Below, piece after piece: positions 48,430 to 58,289 of a DNA stretch of 64,000 nt. The notes beneath the pieces are model-generated. The model saw only the letters and a program-made list of their open reading frames with translations, did not search any database and was not told the origin of the DNA. Source of the stretch: an uncultured cyanobacterium (GTDB taxonomy: Bacteria; Cyanobacteriota; Cyanobacteriia; Cyanobacteriales; CAWCAG01). The DNA lies in NCBI GenBank assembly GCA_963803805.1, contig CAWDOD010000002.1, positions 96,001 through 160,000 of the forward strand, in the 5' to 3' direction. Each line of letters starts with the position of its first letter. Position 1 is the first letter of the stretch. Position numbers and translations under genes: made by a program.

Positions 48430-49050
48430 ATGTCAACTCTCAGTCAAGCTATTGTCGATATCTTTTCCACAGAAAAGAAACTAAGCCTCAATGGTATCTT
48501 GCAAAAGTTTCCTGAACATGGCTATGGTTTTTTGTTGGCTATTTTAGCTTTACCTTCAGCCCTGCCCATTCCTGCCCCCGGTTATGCAACACCCTTTGGT
48601 TTAGCCTTAGCTGCCTTGGGGTGGCAAATGGTTATTGCCAGAGAAACACCTTGGTTGCCTGATTTTATTGGCAAAAGGCGTGTACATATTGCCCAAGATG
48701 GCAAATTTCTCAAACTAGCTCTCAAATTCATCAATTTTCTTGAAAAGTTTGTCAAACCTCGCTTCCCTCTCCTCCATAAGCACACCAGGTTGTATGGATT
48801 GTTGATTTTCCTGTGCGGTTTATGTATGTCTTTACCCATACCTTTAACCAACACTCTCCCTTCTCTAGGAATCTTCTTACTTGCCTTGGGCTTTCTAGAA
48901 ACTGATGGCTTGTTCCTTTTATTAGGTTCTATAGCTTGCTTGGGAGGTATTCTTATAACCTTAAGTTTAATTACCTTGGGATTTGTTTTTGGTTGGCAAG
49001 CTGTCTTCCAACTTAAGGAATTAGTTAAAGGATGGCTGGGGCTTTCTTGA
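48430..49050 (+). CDS. ExoD family membrane protein
   Basis: GYGFLLAILALPSALP, PWLP, LPIPLTNTLP, ETDG. Confidence 0.88.
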   Translation: MSTLSQAIVDIFSTEKKLSLNGILQKFPEHGYGFLLAILALPSALPIPAPGYATPFGLALAALGWQMVIARETPWLPDFIGKRRVHIAQDGKFLKLALKFINFLEKFVKPRFPLLHKHTRLYGLLIFLCGLCMSLPIPLTNTLPSLGIFLLALGFLETDGLFLLLGSIACLGGILITLSLITLGFVFGWQAVFQLKELVKGWLGLS

Positions 49051-49087
49051 GGAATTGGGAGTAACCATAACGTTTTTTGAAAATGTC

Positions 49088-49116
49088 TTGTCAAATTATT
49101 AACTATGGTATATACT
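49088..49116 (+). promoter_or_regulatory. Sigma70-type promoter of Yfr2
   Basis: TTGTCA-17 nt-TATACT, ending 7 nt before the RNA motif. Confidence 0.75.
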
Positions 49117-49123
49117 GCTTGCA

Positions 49124-49190
49124 GTGTGAGGAGTTAAACAGAAAAGCGCTTGGGGTCGAAACATGGCAAGACTCCCAAGCGCTTTTCTAT
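49124..49190 (+). ncRNA. yfr2: Yfr2-family (Cyano-1) small RNA
   Basis: 5' GTGTGAGGAGTTAAACA, then a long stem GAAAAGCGCTTGGG/CCCAAGCGCTTTTC with GAAACATGG in the loop. Confidence 0.82.
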
Positions 49191-49205
49191 TGCAGGTTTT
49201 TTTAA

Positions 49206-50339
49206 TTAATGATGGTGGTGATGGTGATGAGCCGTAGCTACTCCTAAACTAGGATTAACAGCGATCGCCTCTTCTTCTAATAAAGCTTTAATACTTTCAT
49301 TAGCCCAATCTGCTGCCATCTTTAAAAAATCAGGACGTTCGTTGACACAAGGCATTTGTACAAAAGCCACATCAGAGCGTTTGTGCTGAAGATGGTGGAT
49401 AATATGATCCACATCTAAGATAGTTTCGTGATTTTCTGTAGCAAAACCGATGGGCATCATCACAATGGCTTTAGCCCCCAAGTCCATTAAATTCTTAGCT
49501 GCCAAATCTACATTAGGCTGCGTCCATTCAATTAAAGGGGTGTCGTGATTAAGCCAACCTACAGAAATGAGAGGATACTTATTAATTAACTCTAAACGTA
49601 CCGACTCATATAAAGCTTGACTTTCCTCAATACCAGAGGTGAAGCCTTTGGCTTTGTGAGGACAGCCATGGTTCATCAAGATAATGCCAATTTGCGAAGG
49701 TAAGTGGGTTTGAGCCAATTCTTCTTGGATTTTCTCTTCTACCATTTGCCCCAACAACTTGATATAAGCTGGTTCATCGTAAAACGAGGGAATATAACGA
49801 GTTCCTTTTAACCAATGTTCCTCACCTTCAGTTAGTTTGCTTAAAGCATCGTTAACTTGCTCTACAGCAATACCACTGGTGAAGATAGAATCAACTACCA
49901 AAAGAGGATAAATTAGTAGTTTAGTAAAACCTTCTTCCTTAATTTGAGTTAAAACCTGTTCTGGTAGGTGGGGAGCGCAGAAATTGAAAGCTTTAAAAAC
50001 CTTCACGCGATCGCCCCAGCTTTCTTGGAGATTTTTTTCAATTCCAGCTCGCTGCTCCTCAAAAATTTTATTGTGAGGAGAGATGAAATTACCATGTTGG
50101 TGACTCCATTCATGGAAGTCAAACAAAGCCAAAAGCTTAGCCAGTGGGGGATAAATCCAAGTAGGTACTGGAGCAAACTTAGCAGTGAGTAAGTTTAAGG
50201 CTTGTTCGTTGTAATTAGCAAAGTCTTTGTAGCTTTCTACTTCACCATAGCCCATGAGTAACACAGCAACGTTATCACTGTTGTCTCTTACCTCTATTAC
50301 CTCATCTGTTTGTTGAACTTTTTCTGGGCTAGCAACCAT
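49206..50339 (-). CDS. Ferrochelatase-family chelatase, atypical paralogue (no CAB domain, C-terminal His6)
   Basis: VLLMGYG, ISP, IYPL, NHGCP, W..P, PIGFATENHETILD motifs align with the HemH fold. Confidence 0.82.
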   Translation of the reverse strand: MVASPEKVQQTDEVIEVRDNSDNVAVLLMGYGEVESYKDFANYNEQALNLLTAKFAPVPTWIYPPLAKLLALFDFHEWSHQHGNFISPHNKIFEEQRAGIEKNLQESWGDRVKVFKAFNFCAPHLPEQVLTQIKEEGFTKLLIYPLLVVDSIFTSGIAVEQVNDALSKLTEGEEHWLKGTRYIPSFYDEPAYIKLLGQMVEEKIQEELAQTHLPSQIGIILMNHGCPHKAKGFTSGIEESQALYESVRLELINKYPLISVGWLNHDTPLIEWTQPNVDLAAKNLMDLGAKAIVMMPIGFATENHETILDVDHIIHHLQHKRSDVAFVQMPCVNERPDFLKMAADWANESIKALLEEEAIAVNPSLGVATAHHHHHHH

Positions 50340-50408
50340 GCCCTACTCCTTTAATAGCGTGCAAGATTTTGGGTGTAGGAAATTCAGAAATTCAGAAATT
50401 CATTTTAT

Positions 50409-50422
50409 GTACCTACAGTTAC
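50409..50422. promoter_or_regulatory. Putative NtcA binding site
   Basis: GTA-CCTACAGT-TAC, an exact GTA-N8-TAC match 70 bp upstream of the chelatase start. Confidence 0.45.
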
Positions 50423-50935
50423 CTTTAGGGTAACATCCCCTATGGGGGGATTGCTGATAGTTGTAATCTTTAGTTTATGATTCAGCATAATCTGAAAATA
50501 TATAAGTGAAAACCAAAATATATTGTGTTAAATATTAAATATTTTGAATTCACATAACTTTAACTAAAAAAATGTCAATCCCAAACAGTTCTTGAAAAAG
50601 ACGCATTTATGTGGTTTAATGGCATCACTACAAAATAAGAGTAGCCTACTTGTGTCAAAAATAAATTCGCAATCTCTACAAGCTAGATAAATCGTCACTT
50701 TTACCCCAAAAAAGAGCAAAGTTCTCCTGCTATCTACACTCTAGCCCGAACAAATTTTGAGGGACTTTCCAAAGTTTTTTTGACAAAAAAGACCTACTGT
50801 GATAGAAAGAGTCGCCAAACATTTCCTGCCTCTCCATATTTACTTCCCTTAGCATATTGAGAAAAAGTGAATTGGCGGCTATTGGAAGCAACCACAATAA
50901 GGATTAAATACCTCAACATTCTCTATTTTGATCTG

Positions 50936-52132
50936 TAGTAGTCTGTCAATCATGAATTTGTGGATAAAGATTCTTGAGACGAACACGGGCATCTTCAGTG
51001 GTAAATTGCCAATCTACCGACTTTTGCAATCTGTTACGCTCCACACACCAAGCCTGAGTCTCACTCTCTAAAACTTCCCGCTCTCCAATTCGTCTATCCA
51101 AGCACTGTCGAGTCAAAGCAGACAACTCAATCTCAGCAATATTAAGCCAACTTCCATGTTTGGGAGTATGGTGAATTTCCAACTTTTCTACTAAACCACG
51201 GGCAGTTGGTGGTTCAAAGGCTTTATAAAAAGAAGCCTGTGTGTGAGTGTTTAACTGGTCACATACCAAAGTTACGGTTTCACTCTCTGGGTAGTCTTGC
51301 TCTAGTAAATGCTGTACCTGTAATGCCCAATCTACTGCGGTTCTTGTCTGGGTAACTATAACCTTTCGCCAGCCTGAAAGAGGTTCTGTAAATATGAAGA
51401 GGTTGGCCGTTCCATTACGTTCATATTCGTAATCGAATGACTCTGGATATCCCGGTTTGGCCGGTAGCCGAGTGCGAGTTTCTTTAATTAGTTGCACCGG
51501 TTTTTCATCCATACAGATCATGGGATGCTTGGGGTCATAGGGTCGATGATAAACTTCTAATACATCCTCCATCTGAGCTACAAATTCAGCATTTTTTTGA
51601 GGGGGAATGACATATTGCTTACGCAGATGAGGCTTTAATTGGTTTTTTTTAGCTCTCGTCTGACTGTTTCGTGGCTAATCTCTGGCACAATCTCCAGCTC
51701 TGCTAATTTGTCTGCTAGGAGTCTTAATGTCCAACGTGCTTGCCCTTTTGGAGGCTCTCCACACCTTAAGGCTATTAGCTTTGCCTGCGCTTCTCCATCA
51801 CATACTTTGGGGCGCGATGGACTTTTTTGCTTCTTTCTCTCTAATGCTCTTTCTAAACCAACTTCTACTAATCTTTGTCGCAGATTCGCTACTGTGTTTC
51901 GGTGACAGCCAAATGTCTTCGCTGCCTCTTTGTCTGTCCATCCTTGTCCATTCACGTCTATGTTTAACAGTATATTCGCGTGTTTTATCTTATATGCTGC
52001 TGCTTTACCCTTTGATACTAATTCTTGGAGTTGCTGTCTTTCTTCTTCTGTTAATCTCACTATGTAACGTTTCTGCATTTTTTACATTTGCTTCCTGATT
52101 CCACTCACAAAATTAATTATGACAGACTAGTA
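50936..52132 (-). mobile_element. IS630-family insertion sequence, apparently complete
   Basis: IR TAGTCTGTCA (50939-50948) / TGACAGACTA (52120-52129), TA dinucleotides at both ends, two-ORF transposase. Confidence 0.94.
50946..52078 (-). CDS. IS630 transposase: HTH OrfA plus DDE OrfB joined by a -1 frameshift
   Basis: CMDEKP, CDQLNTH, TPKHGSWLNIAEIE; A8 slippery run at 51643-51650. Confidence 0.93.
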
Positions 52133-52474
52133 GGTTAAGCGTAGATATTACCAAGGCTAGGATAGCGGGGATTTTTTAGCCTTTGAATGATTCTTGGCTA
52201 GATGATTGAGTTGGCTTTTCTGAACTTAAGGTAGGGACTTGGGAACTAAAAATAATTATGCTTAAAGCCAGGATAAAAATAAGAGTTAAATAACGGAAAG
52301 ACTTGAGGCAAGGCATTGTCAGCTAGCAATATTAGGTTTGATATTGCCGATTATTCAAAGCAATTGAACTTGTTCCAGTTTGTACCAATTGAGATCCACC
52401 TCCCAACTCGCACAAATCATTATTCAGAGAATATTTCTTGAGTATTGAATTGGTTTCCTCAAAAACTAATTTTG

Positions 52475-52516
52475 GTATATTTTGTATCTATTTTAATAAT
52501 CTTCTTTGATTATCAT
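52475..52516 (+). promoter_or_regulatory. Putative NtcA-activated promoter of glnN
   Basis: GTA-N8-ATC-N22-TATCAT: canonical class II spacing with an imperfect right half-site. Confidence 0.55.
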
Positions 52517-52544
52517 AGTCCGGTAAAACCTTGATAAAAATAGT

Positions 52545-54719
52545 ATGAGTGGAAATGAAGCCCGTCTCCAGGCAGTTCATCAAATTACTAATCAGGAAAT
52601 GATGCCGCCTAAACTTCCCGAACCTTTAGAAGCAATTTGGGCAGAGAACGTCTTTGATCTGAGTAAAATGCAGTCGAGTCTCCCCAAAGCTGTCTTCAAA
52701 TCAATTAAAAAAACCATTGCCACAGGTGAAAAGCTAGACCCTTCCATTGCCGATGCCGTTGCCAATGCCATGAAAGACTGGGCAACATCAAAAGGGGCGC
52801 TTTATTATGCCCACGTCTTTTACCCCATGACCAACCTCACCGCAGAAAAGCATGACGGCTTTATCTCCGTACAAGGGGACGGCAAGGCTATTTCAGAATT
52901 TTCTGGTAAATTATTAGTGCAGGGAGAGCCAGATGGCTCATCGTTCCCCAATGGTGGTATCCGAGGCACTTCCGAAGCAAGAGGATACACTGCTTGGGAC
53001 GTTACCAGCCCTGCTTACATCATGGAAACCGACCATGGTTCCACATTCTGTATTCCTACGGTTTTTGTATCTTGGACGGGGGAAGCACTAGACAAAAAAG
53101 TGCCACTTTTACGCTCCATCGCCGCTATGGACAAAGCCGCTAACAAAGTTCTCAAGCTCTTAGGACATGAAGATGTTGCTCGTGTGAACTCTAGCTGTGG
53201 CGCTGAGCAAGAATACTTCTTAGTTGATGCTAATTTTGCCAGAAAACGCCCTGACCTCCTAGTAGCAGGAAGAACCCTTTTTGGTAAAGCTCCTGCTAAA
53301 GGTCAAGAATTTGACGACCATTACTTTGGGGCAATTCCAGATCGGGTTTTGGTTTTCATGCAAGATGTTGAAGAAACCATGTACAAACTCGGCATCCCTG
53401 CAAAAACCCGACATAACGAAGTTGCCCCTGGTCAATTTGAAATTGCACCCTTCTTTGAAGCAGCAAACGTGGCGAGTGATCATCAGCAACTCACCATGAC
53501 CATCCTCAAGCGCACGGCGAAAAAGCATGGTTTTGTTTGCTTACTCCATGAAAAACCCTTTGCTGGCATCAACGGCTCTGGTAAGCACGTCAACTGGTCT
53601 GTTGGCAATGCAACTCAAGGAAACTTGCTTGATCCAGGAGACTCCCCCCATGAGAATGCTCAGTTCCTAGTTTTCTGTGGCGCAGTCATTCGGGGTGTTC
53701 ACAAATACGCGCCTCTGATGCGTGCTGTTATTGCTAGTGCTAGCAACGACCACCGCTTAGGAGCAAATGAAGCACCTCCGGCAATCATGTCTGTTTATTT
53801 AGGGACACAATTAGAAGAAGTCTTTGAACAGATTAAAAGTGGCTCAGTTAGTGGCTCTAAGAAAAAAGGTGTCATTGATTTGGGGATTGATGTTTTGCCT
53901 CCCCTCACCAAAGATGCTGGGGACAGAAACCGCACCTCTCCCTTTGCCTTCACAGGTAATCGCTTTGAATTCCGTGCTGTGGGGTCAAACCAATCGGTAT
54001 CAGGGCCATTAGTTGCTCTCAATACCATGTTGGCAGATTCTCTCGATTGGATTGGTAATCGCTTGGAAAGTGAATTAGCCAAGGAAAAGAATCTTAATGC
54101 TGCCATCGTTACCGTCCTCAAAGAAGTGATGGAAGAGCATAGTGCAGTTATCTTTGGTGGCGATGGCTATTCTGAAGAATGGCACAAAATGGCTGTTGAA
54201 GAGCGTGGTTTAGCTAACTTGCCTACCACCGCAGATGCTTTACCTGCCCTTAAAGCGGAATATGTTGAAGACTTGTTTAAGAAGACAGGGGTTTTAACAC
54301 CAGTTGAGCTTGACAGCCGCTTTGAAGTGTATGCAGAGCAGTATATTCTCTCCATTGAGGTTGAAGCCAAATTAGTTATTAATATGGCGAAAACCATCAT
54401 TTATCCCACAGCCGTGGCATATTTATCAGAACTATCATCAACCATTGCTAGTTTGACTGATTTAGGCATCGATCTTGAAAAGGATAGTGCGAAAAAAGTT
54501 GCAAAACTTACTAATTCTTTAGTTGAAGCAACGGGCAAGTTGAGTGCAGCTATGGATAAACATGACTTCCCCTCAACTGAAGAGCATATGAACTATTGTG
54601 CTTATACAATTCGTCCTTTGATGGATGAAGTTCGTGGCTACGGTGATGCCCTCGAAGGTGAGGTTGCAGATAGTTTCTGGCCATTGCCAACCTACCAAGA
54701 AATGCTATTCATCAAGTGA
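52545..54719 (+). CDS. glnN: Glutamine synthetase type III
   Basis: 724 aa; [49 protein letters not shown]. Confidence 0.96.
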   Translation: MSGNEARLQAVHQITNQEMMPPKLPEPLEAIWAENVFDLSKMQSSLPKAVFKSIKKTIATGEKLDPSIADAVANAMKDWATSKGALYYAHVFYPMTNLTAEKHDGFISVQGDGKAISEFSGKLLVQGEPDGSSFPNGGIRGTSEARGYTAWDVTSPAYIMETDHGSTFCIPTVFVSWTGEALDKKVPLLRSIAAMDKAANKVLKLLGHEDVARVNSSCGAEQEYFLVDANFARKRPDLLVAGRTLFGKAPAKGQEFDDHYFGAIPDRVLVFMQDVEETMYKLGIPAKTRHNEVAPGQFEIAPFFEAANVASDHQQLTMTILKRTAKKHGFVCLLHEKPFAGINGSGKHVNWSVGNATQGNLLDPGDSPHENAQFLVFCGAVIRGVHKYAPLMRAVIASASNDHRLGANEAPPAIMSVYLGTQLEEVFEQIKSGSVSGSKKKGVIDLGIDVLPPLTKDAGDRNRTSPFAFTGNRFEFRAVGSNQSVSGPLVALNTMLADSLDWIGNRLESELAKEKNLNAAIVTVLKEVMEEHSAVIFGGDGYSEEWHKMAVEERGLANLPTTADALPALKAEYVEDLFKKTGVLTPVELDSRFEVYAEQYILSIEVEAKLVINMAKTIIYPTAVAYLSELSSTIASLTDLGIDLEKDSAKKVAKLTNSLVEATGKLSAAMDKHDFPSTEEHMNYCAYTIRPLMDEVRGYGDALEGEVADSFWPLPTYQEMLFIK

Positions 54720-54905
54720 TACTAAATCCACTCATTCTATCCCCCTTCTCCTTTTGGTTAAAAACTAAAACTTAAACTAAAAGGGGAAAAAGGACAGGGT
54801 GTATCTTACATTTATCATTAGCTCAACGCTAAATGAAGAATTAAACAAAAGCGCAAAAGCGTAAAGACCAAAATATCAACCTGCATACCATTTTCTTGGA
54901 AAAAT

Positions 54906-55847
54906 TCATTCTAAATTAGCTAAATTTATCTCTGATTTTTCACCATTGTGGATAGTTTTATTACCTTTTAATTTAGTTAATAATTCCTCAGTTAATTTCG
55001 CAAAAGCTTTAGAACCTACAGAGTTAGGACTTGTCAATACAACAGGTCTAAACGCATCCACAGCTTTAGCTACATTAACATCCATAGGAATACGAACATC
55101 AAAAATTTGGCTGGGGCTAAAGTCTTCAGAAACTCTCCGCATCACCTGACGATAGTAACGCCCCACTAAACGACCACCGGAAAGAATAAAAACGATACCC
55201 AACAATTTTAAATCGAAAGGATTATCTTTGCCATGATTTTCTTTTAACTTGGCAACACGCCTTTCTAGTAGTTGAATACCAACTAAAGATAAAGGTTCAG
55301 GACGGGCAGGAAGTAAGTAAAAGTTGCTAGCAGCAATACCACTACGGGTTAAAAGATTGTAGCCAGGGGCGCAGTCCATGATAATAAAATCATACTGCTT
55401 AACCACTGGTTCGAGAATTTTCCTCATTAAATTACTTTCTAAGCTATTCCAAACTTGATTAAAATCAAGTCCATTTTGAGAACTAGCTTGTTCATGAAGC
55501 ATTTCAGATACTAAATATTCATCATAAAGTTCTATGTCCCCTGGTAACAAATCCATCCCTTTAACACTACAAACATAGGGACAAATTAGATCCTGAGTAG
55601 AAAACTTTTTTTTAGTATTCGGTTTAATATGTTGGGCAATTAAGTTATTTAAAGTGCGTCTTTCTTTCCTTACTTTAGCAAAATCATGGGGCGACATTAA
55701 GCTTAAGGTGGCACTAATTTGTGAATCTAGGTCAACAACCAAGACTCGCTTATTATGATTTCTAGCTAAACAAGTAGCTAAATTAACCGTTAATGTTGTC
55801 TTGCCGACACCGCCTTTCATATTAACAGTGCTAATGATAAATCCCAT
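54906..55847 (-). CDS. ParA/Soj family ATPase
   Basis: NMKGGVGKTT, VDLDSQ, MDCAP. Confidence 0.92.
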   Translation of the reverse strand: MGFIISTVNMKGGVGKTTLTVNLATCLARNHNKRVLVVDLDSQISATLSLMSPHDFAKVRKERRTLNNLIAQHIKPNTKKKFSTQDLICPYVCSVKGMDLLPGDIELYDEYLVSEMLHEQASSQNGLDFNQVWNSLESNLMRKILEPVVKQYDFIIMDCAPGYNLLTRSGIAASNFYLLPARPEPLSLVGIQLLERRVAKLKENHGKDNPFDLKLLGIVFILSGGRLVGRYYRQVMRRVSEDFSPSQIFDVRIPMDVNVAKAVDAFRPVVLTSPNSVGSKAFAKLTEELLTKLKGNKTIHNGEKSEINLANLE

Positions 55848-56142
55848 GGGCAGAATTCCAATCCCTTTGAATAAGAGCCAAGCGCCAACATTGTAAGTTG
55901 GTTAAAGTCCCATTTTAATCGTTCGTTGTTAAGCTACTCACCCTTCTTGAGGAGAATAAGAAGATTTTAAGATAATTTTCACACCAAATCTGATTGTATA
56001 AAGTTCTGCTTGTAAAATTAGAGAAACAGAGTTTATAGTTGTTGCTGCCTGTAGCCTACGGTAAGGCTAACGCCAACCCTACTCCCTCAACTCGTCAACA
56101 TGATGAATTTGCTTTGGGTTGAAGTTTTTACAAGATTATTCT

Positions 56143-56486
56143 ATGCCAGCTAAAGATATTTTTCATGAGACGGTTAAAAAAGCCCTAATTGATGAAGGTT
56201 GGCTGATTACAGATGACCTAAATATGGAGATATTGAAGTTCAGAAAATATTTGATCAAGAAAGAGATCACTATCAATTAATGAACGTAGGATGGCACGGA
56301 AATCGGCGTTTGAGAGGCTGTGTTCTCCAAATTGATCTTAAAAACGACAAAATTTGGATACAACATGATGGTACAGAAATTGGGGTTGCTAATGAATTAG
56401 TAGAATGGGGTGTACCAAAAGAAGATATTGTTTTAGCCTATCATGCTCCTTATAAGCGCCCATATACTGGATTTGCTGTTGATTGA
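56143..56486 (+). pseudogene. xisH-xisI (fdxN element excision control-like) deletion fusion
   Basis: MPAKDIFHETVKKALIDEGWLITDD (XisH N-terminus) is joined out of frame to PKYGDIEVQKIFDQERDHYQL..KIWIQHDGTE (XisI body). Confidence 0.87.
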
Positions 56487-57365
56487 TTAAACTTTAATGA
56501 TTGCTTTTACTCTTTGTAGAAACTCTTTAGTTAAGCTATAAAAAGCTTTTGCCCCGGAAGATTGAGGATCATTAAGGACGACAGGTTTAAATTCGTCTAC
56601 AGCTTGGGCAACTGCAACATTAACAGGAATTTCTGTAGTGAAAAGTTTATCTTCTCCGAACTCTGCCCCTAAACGCTTTTTAATCTTAGGAGCCATTTTC
56701 GTCGCATGACCTCTAGAATTAAACAAGATACCAATTAAATTAATTTGACTGCGATCGCTCTTTTTTAATTGTTGGATTCTTCCTTCTAAAATACCAACAC
56801 CAATTACTGATAAAGGTTCAGGTTTGGCAGGAACAAGATAGAAGTTGCTAGCGAGGATGCCACTACGGGTTAGTAAATGATCTCCTGGGGGAAAGTCTAA
56901 CAAAACAAAATCATATTCATCTATTACAGGTTCAAGAATTTTTTTGATTAATTGATCCTCAAGTTTCTGCCAATTACGTTCAAATTCTTGCAGGTTTCCT
57001 TGAGATTGAGAATAAATAACTGCCGCTATATAAAAGTCATTATAAAGTTCAATATCTCCCGGTAACAAATCAAAACCAGGAATCTGACAAATATCACGCT
57101 TAATAACTTCTTGAGTAGAAAGATAATTTTGATTATTTGGTTGAATAATTTGGTTAATTAAGGTTCTTAAGGTGAATTTTTCTTTCTTTAATTTAGTGAA
57201 ATACAAAGGTGGTAACAGACTTAGGGTAGCGTTAATTTGCATATCTAAATCTACTACCAAAACTTTTTTAGCAAAGTCTTTAGCTAAACAGGTGGCTAAG
57301 TTAACCGTAACGGTGGTTTTGCCTACGCCGCCTTTCATATTAACAATAGAAACTACAGATCCCAT
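56487..57365 (-). CDS. ParA/Soj family ATPase, second paralogue
   Basis: NMKGGVGKTT, VDLDMQ, LDFPP. Confidence 0.92.
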   Translation of the reverse strand: MGSVVSIVNMKGGVGKTTVTVNLATCLAKDFAKKVLVVDLDMQINATLSLLPPLYFTKLKKEKFTLRTLINQIIQPNNQNYLSTQEVIKRDICQIPGFDLLPGDIELYNDFYIAAVIYSQSQGNLQEFERNWQKLEDQLIKKILEPVIDEYDFVLLDFPPGDHLLTRSGILASNFYLVPAKPEPLSVIGVGILEGRIQQLKKSDRSQINLIGILFNSRGHATKMAPKIKKRLGAEFGEDKLFTTEIPVNVAVAQAVDEFKPVVLNDPQSSGAKAFYSLTKEFLQRVKAIIKV

Positions 57366-58015
57366 TTATGTGTGGTTTCGGGTAAGGGGTAAAGGGCTAA
57401 GGACAATCTTCAAGTCTAAAAACTATCTCTCAAATAAATCTGTTCGAGAATCTTCTCTTCAATGCTTAAGGTTGTTTGCATAACTAATTAAACTCAACGG
57501 TACTCGCTAAAATCATTTCTCGCTAAAATCATTTTAAGCTGATTTTCCCGTTGATTGAGGGGATTTTTGCTTTTAAAGAAGTTTGCGATGATCGCAACTT
57601 AGCTCAGCTACAGAAATTGTCTTGCTCTTTTCTCCCTTGACATAGTATTATGTATAGGGTGGAAAAGGCGCGCTTCTAAAAACCCTTTTTCAAAAGCATT
57701 TTTTTGATTCTTTTCAGTTGCTGACAAAAGTTACAATAATAAGGGAAAGTTTTTTATTTATTAGCGCCGGTTTTATGGTATTCTTTCTTTTAAAGAAAAA
57801 ATTTTACAATGGGAATAGTTGCGTTTGTTTTCAATAGTCAACACTCCCATTATGACATTAAAATTAAATTTACCACAAAATCGCGTCTTAAATTCGTTTA
57901 AATTCCTCTTCTTTACTAAAATTGATTAATACTGGGGAAACAAAGGTTTCCTCTTTTTAATTCGCATTGAAAGTTTCATGCACTTCGTGTCAGGTAAAGG
58001 GTAAAAGAGTAGATA

Positions 58016-58289
58016 ATGAGAAGGGTATTAATTTGCCAAAATCGCACCTGTGTGAAGGCTGGTGCAAAAGAGGTTTTAGCTGCTTTCAGGGCTGATTTGG
58101 TAACTGATGTAGAAATCGTTGCTAGTGGTTGTTTGGGTCAATGTGGCAATTGGACCAATGGTTTTGGTTGAATCGGAAATGGTTTGGTATTGTCGGGTTA
58201 GCCCCACAGAAGTCCCGGCATTGGTAGAAAGGCATTTGCGGAGAAGTCAGCCTTTGAAAAGAATGTTGTATCGTAAGTTTCATCCCTAG
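58016..58289 (+). CDS. Thioredoxin-like [2Fe-2S] ferredoxin with one extra T (missed by the ORF track)
   Basis: MRRVLICQNRTCVKAG...SGCLGQCGN-[t at 58150/58151]-GPMVLV..WYCRVSPTEVPALVERHL..YRKFHP*. Confidence 0.87.

Noticed and set aside
57366-58015. parS site or replication origin next to the parA genes
   Set aside because: No TGTTTCACGTGAAACA-like palindrome and no DnaA-box cluster seen
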